NCBI GenBank assembly: GCA_000388065.2
Contig: KB932207.1
From: Fonticula alba ATCC 38817
Taxonomy: Eukaryota > Protista > Nucleariida
DNA: 34,962 nucleotides
Reading direction: 5' to 3' (one strand)
The stretch's first letter is position 1; each line of letters opens with the position of its first letter. Shown piece after piece: positions 22,817 through 32,379 of the stretch. The notes under the pieces were generated by a model. It was not told the DNA's origin, searched no databases, and saw only the letters and a list, made by a program, of their open reading frames with translations. The translations under genes and the position numbers were made by a program.

Positions 22817-25800
22817 AGAGGGAAGGGTGGTAGGGCCCGGCGACGGCGGCCCCGGCCCCGGCGGCAGCGCCGACGCCCCCGACCGAAGGAACAATGGCCG
22901 CCGACCCGGCACTCGGGGGCGACTGGGCCACCCGCTCCATGATGCGCACCAGGCGCCAGGAGATGACAGCCACCGACATGAAGAGCAGGCTGCTGACCAC
23001 CACAAAGAGGGTCCCATTGTTGTTGAGGACCGGCACCGTGTGCGCCGAGGTGGAGGCCGCCTGGTGGAGGACATCCAGCACGGACGACGTCGAGGCCGAG
23101 GTCCCGATCGGGGGTGTTGGGGCGCCGGCCGCGGCCGCCCGGTCCAGGGCGGCATGGATCTGCGACGTGACGTCCGCATAGCCGGCGGGGCTGGCCCCGG
23201 CCGGCACGGGGGGGCCGGCCTGGCCCGCGGCCGGCCCCGGCAGGGCAATGCTCTCGGAGCTGCCAGTCCGGTGTGAAAAGAGGGCGGCCTCCTGCGCGGA
23301 GAGGGTCGTGTAGGAGGCCGGGGTTTCCGTGAGGAAGGGGACCGTGCCGTGGCCGAAGGCATCGGCGTGTGCATGGTCCGGGCGCTCGTGCCCGGTGAGG
23401 GGGATCTCCAGGTTCATGCCGAAGAGGCCGGCCCCGAGGGCGCCGCACCCGACGGCGAAGGTCCCGATGGCCAGGCGAAGCTCCAGCAGGAGCAGGCTAT
23501 TCCGCTGCGAGTCCAGCTCGATGCGCACGATCGACTGGGTCGACCGGATGTTGGAGATCATCTCGGTCACGGCATTGGCCAGCTCCTCAATTTGCTTGGT
23601 GTAAAACTCGAACATGAATTCCACATCCTCGTGCACATCCACCGGCTGCGCCTTGCCGGATTGCGCGCGCACCGTCAAGTACATGCCGGCCCTGTGGGCA
23701 TGCGCGGGCGAGGGGCGGAGGGAGGGGCCAGGAGGGTGCATTGTGATGCGCATCCCGTGCAAGCAGGGTCACATGGTGAGACGTGGCACGAGGGCGAGAG
23801 GCAGGCGCAGGCGGAGAGACAGGCAAGGGGAAGGAAGGAAAGGCCCAAGGCCGACAAGGCGAGGCCGCATGGAGGAGGCAGACCCCCCCTGCACGCACAT
23901 GTCATCATTGGCATTGAGGATGTCCATCAGGGACGCCTGCACCGCATTGAGGCGGGCCTCAAAGCGAGTGAGCCGCTTGCTGAGCTCCAGCACCTGCACC
24001 AGGAGCACGCGGTCGGTGCTGCCTGCCAGGCGCCGGAGCAGGGCATGCCCCTTCGGGGCAAACTGGTTGTACTGGTCCCGCAGGCTGAGGGTCACACTCT
24101 CCAGGATGGCCTCCAGGGCTCGGAGCTCGTATGGCAGGGGGTCGGAGTTGAAGGATTCGAAGGCCTGCGGCTGGCTGGGGTCCGGCTCGCTCAGGCGCTG
24201 CCGCAGGTCGGCCATCAGTCGGAGCTGCGCGTGGCGCGTCGAGCTGTCCATCGGGTCGAAGAGCAGCACGCAGTTGTGCTTGATGAGGGCCTTGGCATGC
24301 TCGATGTTGACGATGATGGCATTTGACTGTGGCCCGGGGTTAGGCGCCTGCAGCATGGGTGGCAAAGCAGGGGGGGGGGAATCGGCCAGCCGGGGAGGCG
24401 TGGCCGAGGACGCACTCGAACGAGGATAGATGGAGCCTGATCGCGGTAGGAGTTGATCTGGGCGCGGTATCGATGGGGCCAGACGGTTAGCACCCGGGCC
24501 GAGTGGCCCTCGCACGGGCAGGCACACGCAATGGCGGGGGTGGGGTGGGGTGGGGGGGAAGGGACGCACTGTGCGCAAGTCGCGCGGCCGCAGGCCGTGA
24601 ATCGAGCAGAGGTCCGACTTGGCGTAGAGGGAGAAGCTGTCAGCCATGCGACCGGCCGCATCGAATTCGATGGTCCGCAGGGTGATGCCCAGTCGCCGGG
24701 CCTGTGCCGCGCGAGCCGAGGAGAGTGACGACTCCGGGGCCGCCGAGTTGGGACCGACTCGGTCCCCGGCCGGTGGGGATGTGCCGGAGGCATGTCTGTT
24801 GGCAGGGTTCAGGGGGGCATTCCCATACGGTGGCCGGGGGGCGGCGTCAGTGCCGGTGTGGGTGTGGGCGGCGGCCCCTGCGTCGGGACGGCCGGCCCCG
24901 ACGCCGGCCGAGGCACCGGCAGCCGCGCCGGCACTGCCACCGAAGCGCCCACCGCTATCGAGGTGCTGCGACAGCGAGTATGCATTGGCCGAGAAGGAGG
25001 CCATGTGCCCACCACCGGGGCTGCCACCCAGCCCGGCCAGCGAGTAGCCAAAGGCCGGGGAAAAGTCGATGCCACGCGGGTCGTTGGGGCGTTGGTCGAA
25101 GGGGAGGTTCAGGCGCGAGGGGGAGGCTTTCTCTGCGGAGTCGGCAATGTGCCATGTGAAGAGGGGACGAAGGGGTTGTGTGTGTGTGTGTGCGCGCGCG
25201 CGCGTCGAAAGGGTGTCAGACGGGATCGGGGATCGGGGATCGGGGATGGGGGGGGGGGGGGGACAGCGGGGAGCATGGGGCGCCGAGTGGCCGCATGTAC
25301 CGGAGCGTGAGGAGGGGATGGCCCGGGCGGTCCGGTGGTCGGCCGCGCGAACGGCGGAATAGTGGCCGCGCCGACTTTGCAGACTGCGCTCGTAGGCCAG
25401 ATGGATGCTGTACCCGTCATTGAGGGGAGACAGGGACCGCTCATCGGGGAAGGAGGAGGGCACATCGAAGAAGGGCTGCGGCGGGTGGGAGATCCCGCCG
25501 GCCGAGCCGACGCCGGCCGCGTTGCCATACTGCCCGTAGCCCGGGCCGCCGGCAGGGCCCCAGTTTTCCGACACAGGGGCCGGCTGGCCGCCATCCAGCA
25601 GCGTGGACCAAAGCGACGGGCCGGGGGCCAGGCCGAGGCCGATGCCCCGCCCGGAGATGGCGGCCGCCGACCGGCCAAAGAGGCTGTGCGTCGGGTATTC
25701 CTGCCCGGAGTTGAACAGGCGCCGGAGGGACCGCCGGAGGCGAAAGCCCAGAGGCAGCTGCCGTGGAAGCCGGATCGGCCGGTCGGGCTGGTCGAGCTTC

Positions 25801-26009
25801 ACCCCGGGCGGCGGGGGTGGCGGAGGCGGCGGCACCGGCGACGAGGAGGTCGAGGCCCCGGGCAGAGATCCGACACCCGAGGCGAAGGTGCGTCGCGCAG
25901 CGCCGGCCGTGATGCCGCTGGCGGGCGGCCGCCAGGCCAGCGATGGGGATGGTCGCGGCGCGATGACGGCGGCAATCGAGCGAGGGGCCTCACGGGCGGC
26001 GCGCAGCAT
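22425..26009 (-). CDS. MRS2: Mitochondrial Mg2+ channel of the MRS2/LPE10 (CorA) family, spliced
   Basis: Presequence-like start MLRAAREAPRSIAAV..AARRTFAS (ATG at 26009). Spliced core: HGLRPRDLRT|INSYRDQAPSILVR|SNAIIVNIEHAKALI, LPYELRALEAIL, DILNANDDM|AGMYLT, DVEFMFEFY, LDSQRNSLLLLEL. TM1 ends in the signature GLFGMNL (23420-23409). TM2 is FVVVSSLLFMSVAVISW. Confidence 0.92.
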
Positions 26010-27227
26010 CGGGCGAAGGTGTGCAAGGCAAGCGGGACAGAGGAGGGGAGGAGGAGGGAGGGGGCGGGGGAGGGAAGGCTTGGAAGGGGAGATGTGCGTC
26101 CGGCCGGCGCCTGTGGGCAAGCGAAGAGGAGCCCGTTGATGGGGGCGGCTCCTGAAGGGCGGGGGGCGGGGGGCGAGAGAGGCGCGCGGGAGGGGCGACG
26201 AGCGGCGCGGGCAGGGGCGGAAGGGCGAGGTAGGGGGGGGAGGGGCGTTCTGCCGGTGGCCACCGCCGGCCAGGTACGACGAGGGATCCCCGAAAAGAGA
26301 GGCGCGTCGGGGAGCGCGGTTCCGGGGGGGGGGGCGTCCGGCAGGCTCGGAGCGTTCTGGCTTGTTTCCGGCGGCCAGGGCCCGGGGGCCGGAGCTGCGG
26401 GGAGGAGAAGGAGGAGGCAGTCGACCGGAGGCCCCCCCGGAGGGGGCTGTCCTGGGCGATCGAGATTTTTCCCCCGGCCCCAGGGGACGCAGGTGCAAGG
26501 GAGCCAGGGGTGCCCCGACGGCGCGTGCCTTCTCGCGCGCGCGCGCGCGCGAGGGACAGAGAGGCCGAGAAAGCCCCCTGCCGGGGGGCGCGCCGGGGGG
26601 AAGAAGCATGGCCATCGGAGCAACGGCGGCGAGAAGGGCCACGAGAAAATGCCGGCCCTCAGCGGGGCCACCTGCCCGGGAGGGCGGCCAAGGGCCGTCC
26701 GGTCGGGAGCCCAGTCAATCTGGGAACCGGAGGCCGGGCGGGCTGGCCGGGCGGGGTGGCCGCGGCCCGTTGCCCGGTGGGTGACCGCCCGGCGCCCCAC
26801 TCAGAAGGGGGGGGGGACGACGGGACGGGGGGCGCCGCGCCTGGCCAAGCACATGGGCGACTTGGGCACCAGGAGGAATATCGATCCATCTGTGCGCTGG
26901 CGGTCCCAGGCCGGTCGATCCCCCCCCCCCCCCCCCGCCGCCATTCTGTCGAGCACGGCCCCGGCAGCCCCTCTGGGAGCGTGTGTCCGGCAGGCACTAG
27001 GGCCTCGCTCTCTCCCTCTGTCGGTGGAGGGGCGTGTGACCGCGGGGGATCACCCCCCGATGTGCTCACGCCCCGGAGGCGGGGATGTCGCGTGATCCCC
27101 GAGGCGCAACTGAAGCTTAGTCCCGCCTCGAGCCAATGACTAGGGCTCCCTGCGTGTGTGTATGTGTGTGCAGGGGGGGGGGGGGGGGGGCCAGGGGGGG
27201 CAGCAGAAGGGATCCATGGTCAGATGG

Positions 27228-27399
27228 NNNNNNNNNNNNNNNNNNNNNNNNNNNNNNNNNNNNNNNNNNNNNNNNNNNNNNNNNNNNNNNNNNNNNNNNN
27301 NNNNNNNNNNNNNNNNNNNNNNNNNNNNNNNNNNNNNNNNNNNNNNNNNNNNNNNNNNNNNNNNNNNNNNNNNNNNNNNNNNNNNNNNNNNNNNNNNNN
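27228..27399. other. Assembly gap (172 N) in the divergent intergenic region between MRS2 and the transporter gene
   Basis: Run of N followed by a G homopolymer. Confidence 0.99.
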
Positions 27400-27940
27400 G
27401 GGGGGGGGGGCGACAGACAATAGTGGTGCTCTGGCCAATCAATCGGGGCAGGGAGCTTCGGATGGGAAAGCAATGACTTGGAAACGGGGGTGAGGGTGGT
27501 CCAGCCTCTTGCGGCCGGGACCGGGGTCGTGAAAAGCGCCGCGAAAGTGGGGTCTCGCTGACGCTTTGTCTAATTACCATCCCTCGGGCTGGGTGTATGC
27601 CGGGTGGTGTGAGGCGCGGCCGGGAGATCTCGCCGACTCGGGTGTCCCTCGGGGGAGCGGGGGGGGGGGGGGTACAGCCCCGGGGTGATCGAGATCTCCG
27701 GCGCGGAAATATTGCCCCGGGGAACAGGCCAAGAATGCCGCGTCGCCGGCCGGGCGCGTCCAACAGCCGCCCTTGGCGGCACCACTACTGCCCAGCGCTC
27801 GTCGGCGTGGGCCTCCCCCACTAGTCCCTGTGGCCTCGCGCGCAGTGTCTCCTCTTGGAAGCACCCACGGGCCCAAGCACCCCGGCGCGCACGCACACTG
27901 ACACACACACACACACACACACACACACAAGCAGGCAAGC

Positions 27941-28020
27941 ACATGCACAAGCACACGAGCACATAGACAAGAATACGAGCACATGCACAGGCATACGAGC
28001 AGATACACAGGCATACGAGC
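27941..28020 (+). repeat. 20-bp minisatellite, 4 copies (consensus ACATRCACARGCATACGAGC), inside a ~260-bp degenerate CA-rich tract (27890-28150)
   Basis: Copies: acatgcacaagcacacgagc, acatagacaagaatacgagc, acatgcacaggcatacgagc, agatacacaggcatacgagc. Confidence 0.85.
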
Positions 28021-28632
28021 ACATACAAGCTGACAAGCACACGTACACACACACACAAACTGACAAGCACACACACACACACACACACACCCAAACAGAC
28101 AAACAGACAAACAGACAAGCACACACGCAAGCCAACAAGCACACAAGCAGGTGAGCCTCCCTGCCTCGACGTCCCTGAAGCTGACACATACATGCAGGGA
28201 CGTGTGTGTGTGTGTGTAACAAGCGCACCCGCGGCGCCCATGGGTCGTCCGTCCGCCGGCGGGGGATGGCAGCTCTTCAGCCACACCGATCGGACGGACC
28301 GGTATCCGATACGCCCTTACCCCACATCTCCCTACCCCTCTCCGCCCCCCCCCCCCCCCCCCTGCCCCTCCCCTTCGCCATTCGGTCCCCATTCCCACGC
28401 GTCTTCTCTCTCACCAAGAGACCAGCCCATCGCACCGCCACGCTTGCCAGGCCCCGGCAGGCGCGTCGCACCCAGGAGCACATACACATACACACATATC
28501 CACACTCACGTGCCGCTCGCCCCGCTTCCCCCATCGCGCCTGGCCGCCGGACGCACCGGGCCGCTTGCTGAGAGCCCTCCCTCCCTCCTTCTCCCCGGCC
28601 CCTTCGCCCCCCCCCCCCCCCCCCCCCCCCCG

Positions 28633-28664
<32 letters not shown>

Positions 28665-28704
28665 ATTCCCCCATTCCCCCACTCCTGCTCCCGGTCGCCG
28701 GAGG

Positions 28705-31700
28705 ATGGGCGAGCACCATCCCTCGCAAGGCGGTCTGCACCGGCCGAGCACCGCAAGCAACACCACCGACAGCTACTATGAAGACTATCAGGAGCTGATC
28801 TATGGCGATGCGACGTGGCAATCGCCGCCGCACTCGCCGAGCGCGATGCAAAATTTGGAAAGCATCTCCCTCGGTGTCTTTCCCCCGGCACCCGGCGCTC
28901 GGGCGTCTGCGGAGGCAGCGCCGCCGGTGGCGGAATTCGAGCCCGCCCCCGGGACTGCCCCCTCTAGCAGGGCCACCGCCAATGCCGGACGCGGGCCTCT
29001 GCCCGACAACATGAATGAAGTGGGTTTCTTTTACAGCCCGCCCGTGGCGCCAGCAGGTGGCTCGACCGGGGCCCGGCCGCCAGGGCCGGCCCCCGGCTCG
29101 AAGCCCCGGTCGCAGGTGCCGGACTCGCCGCTGGCCCCGCAGTTCGGCGGAACCCGCACCGTGGCCGGCGTGGCCCTCAACCTGGCCAACACCATTGTCG
29201 GCAGTGGCGTGCTTGGCCTCCCGAATGCCATGCACCAGGCCGGCCTGGGGCTGGGCCTGGCCCTGCTGGTGGCGGTGGCCGGCCTGACCACATACAGCTT
29301 GCGGATGCTCCGCCGGGCTGGCGACCGGACCGGCTACTATGACTTCTGCCAGACGGCCATCGCCTGCGTGCTGGGCATCCGCGCGGACCCGCCGACCTCG
29401 GCCGCGCCCCAGCGCCGGCGATTTGCCGACCACCCGCTGGACGATGAGGATGACGAGGATGCCCATGCTCCGAACGATCCGTCGGAGAATTTGATCGACA
29501 AGTCCGGGTCTCTAGACCGGGCGCCGGTGGATTTGAACCCCGGCCGATCGGGCCCCGAGGACCCTGCCGCTGCGGCCGCCACCGTGTCTCCGCCGGTTTC
29601 GGCCCCACGCAAGCGCCTCATGCCCACCGGCTGGGCAAGTGCCTTTGCCTGGCTCATTGACGCGGTGCTGGTGGCCAATGCGGCCGGCGGGACCGTCACC
29701 TACCTGAGTACGTGCGCCCATGGCTCTCCCTCTCATGGGGAATGTGCGGAAGGGCTTGGGAAGGGGGGGGGGGGGACGGGGGCGGGGAAGATCGGCTGGA
29801 TCTTTCGTCCTTCTCAAGCATTTGCCCCAGCACCAGGCCTAACGCTCCTCCCCTGTCGGCTTTGCCAATTTCTCCCGGGCAGTTATCATTGGCGATACGC
29901 TTGGCGTTGTGCTGGCCGGCCTGGCCGGGGCGTACGACTCGGCCCCATCAGCTGTGGGCGCCCTGGACGCGGTTCTGCCCTGGTGGGCCACCCGGGAATT
30001 TGTCATCATCACTGTGGCCATCTTCATTATGTGCGTTGGGCGCGCTCCCCCTTGCCCTGCCGTGGCATACACCCACACCCACACGCATGTACACGCGCGC
30101 ACATGCACACCCACAACCACACATACATACACGCGCGCACATGTACACGCGCGCACACCCGCACCCACACACACCCACACCCACACACACCTATCCATCT
30201 TTTGCGTGCTCTGCCTTTTCCAGGAGGGCAGGCAAAGGAGCCAAAAAAAAAACCGGCACCATGCGCCGGCTGCCCCGCCCCGTGACAGATGCTGACATCC
30301 GGCGTGTTGTGCTGCAGCTTGCCCCTTTGCCTTGTGCGGGACCTCGGTCGATTGGCCCCGCTTTCGGCCGTCGGGCTGACGTGCGTGCCGGTGGCCCTGG
30401 TTGTGGGGACACTGAGTGCCGCCCTCAATCCCCGGTATCGGCCGGTTGCCGGGTCTGTGATGGCAGCCTCGGCGGCCGCCGGCCGGGACATCCGTTGGAT
30501 TGGCCCACAGGCGCCGAAAGCCATCGGCACCATGGCCTTCGCATTTGTTTGCACCCAGGCCGCCTTCCTCCACATGAAGACCCTCAAAAACCCCACCCCC
30601 AGCGCTTGGGGTACGCATCCGGTGCCTTGGACACCGGCGCCCAATCGCCGCCTCTCCCTGCCTCCGCGCTCAGACCACGAACTGATCTTGCCATTTTTGC
30701 CGCGCCCTTGCTTCCCGGTCCCAGCTCGCGCCAGTGTTTTCGGGCTCGGGCTGTCCCTCGTGCTGAGTGCGGCCTTCGCGACCATCGGCTATGTTTCCTT
30801 CGGGGCCGACATCCTGCCAAACTACCTCAACAACTTCCACCATGTATGGCGGCCCTGCATCTCGCGTGCCATGCTGCCACCCGGCGACTGACACCCCCGG
30901 CCGCCCTCTCTCCCTCTCTTTCTCTCTCCCCGCCCTTCGCCCGGCGTCACCTCGCCGCGCTGCCCGGCGTGGCGGCGACCCCCCCCTCACCCCTCGCAGG
31001 ATGACATCATCATCAATGTGGCCCGCATTGCGATGGCCATCTCCCTGGTCAGTACCTTCCCTTTCATGTTTGCCGTCGCGCGGCTGGCAGTTCTCAGCCG
31101 CGTGAGCTCGGTCTTCGGGATGGACCTCATCGATGTGCCGGTGCAGGCGCGGGCAAAGCCCCCGGCCCAGCAGCTCCCCCCGCTGAAGGGGGCCTCGCCC
31201 GGAGGGGGGCCCCCCGGCGCGTCCGCCTCATCCGAGGCCGCCGGGCGCCCGGGCGCAAGCCCGGACAAGCGCAAGCCCTCCTTCGATTTGGAGGCCGACG
31301 CGGCCCCGCGATCCAGCACCTCCGCCAACAACAGTGACCACTCGTCCTCCGGCTCGGTGGATATACGCTCTCAGCCGGACACCCCGCCGGCGGGCCCGGC
31401 CGGGCCGGCTGAGCCGGCCGTGCTGGCGACTCCCGAGCCGGATCTCGCCCGGTCGGAAACCGCGCGCCTCATCCGCCGCGAGCGGGCCGTCTGGCTGACC
31501 GCCACCCTGGTGCTCTTTGCCTGTATCCTGGCCGTCGGATCGACGGTCAAGGATTTGGGCATCGTGTGCGTGCCCGTGGGACGTTTCCCCGCGCGCCTCA
31601 CCTCTCATGCCGACCCCCCATAGCCGGACTAACACCACCCCTTGCCTTTGGCCGCGTGCCCCTCTCTCTCTCTCTCTCTCTCGCTCTCTCGCTCTCTCGC

Positions 31701-32040
31701 TCTGCCCGCCCGCCGGAAACATCCCCCCTCGGCCGCGGCTTTTAGATATGCCCTTGTTGGTGGCCTCTGCTCCACCCTGCTGTCATATGTCTTCCCCGCG
31801 GTGATGGCTCTAGCCGTGCGGAAACGCGTCCGGCCGCCGGCCACACCGGCCCACGCCAGCCCGGCCCTGGCAGACAGGCACCCGAGTGCGGCTTCCACGC
31901 CGGCCCCGGACGGCTACCTGGCCGGCCTGAGCCGGTGGCTGAAGTCCGAGCCGGAGCTCCTGGGCCCGGTCCTGGTCCTCGTGGTGGGCATTATCACCTG
32001 TGTCTTGAGTACCGGGCAAACGCTGTCTACCATTGGGTAG
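28705..32040 (+). CDS. Amino-acid transporter of the SLC38/AVT (Aa_trans) family, most like SLC38A11/yeast Avt2, spliced
   Basis: TM1 motif ALNLANTIVGSGVLGLPNAMHQAG. Spliced YL|IIIGDTL (intron 29708-29882). Then LPLCLVRDLGRLAPLS, IGTMAFAFVC, GYVSFGADILPNYLNNF, VSTFPF and LVGGLCSTLLSYVFPA. There is a ~150-aa hydrophilic N-tail. Stop TAG at 32038-32040. Confidence 0.9.
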
Positions 32041-32379
32041 GTGGGGCCCATGCGCAATACATAGGCCATCGGCGCCCCCCCCCCCCCCCATCTCTGGAGC
32101 GTCCCCTGCTCCCGCCGGGGCACGAGTCAAGAGGTCTTGAAAAATGAAAAAGAAACCACTGCAAGAGAACGATCTATTGTGCTCGCACCCGCATGCCCAA
32201 TCGGGCCTCGCGGGCAGGAGGAGAGGGGGGGGGGGGAGAAGTGTAATGTACAGAAGGGGAGACATCCCCGAGGACACAGGCGGCGGCCTGCTCTTGGTGG
32301 CAAGGGAGGGAGGAGAGGGGGGGGGGGATGTGAAGAGATGAAGCCAGGCCGGGTGCCGGGCGGGACACATGGCCAACCT

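Noticed and set aside
26010-26642. 211-codon in-frame extension upstream of the MRS2 ATG (ORF 23769-26642)
   Set aside because: Low-complexity Pro/Arg sequence. The ATG at 26009 starts a convincing mitochondrial presequence, which must be N-terminal.
27133-27439. CCAAT boxes at 27133 and 27435 in the divergent MRS2/transporter interval
   Set aside because: Five-base matches with no TSS information cannot be distinguished from chance.
27941-28020. Regular 20-bp periodicity as a CRISPR-like array
   Set aside because: Tandem units without unique spacers, in a eukaryotic context, with no cas genes.
28192-28704. Upstream in-frame extension of the transporter encoding poly-Pro
   Set aside because: It arises from (CA)n and a ~60-nt poly-C tract typical of introns and UTRs here. 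The ATG at 28705 is more plausible.
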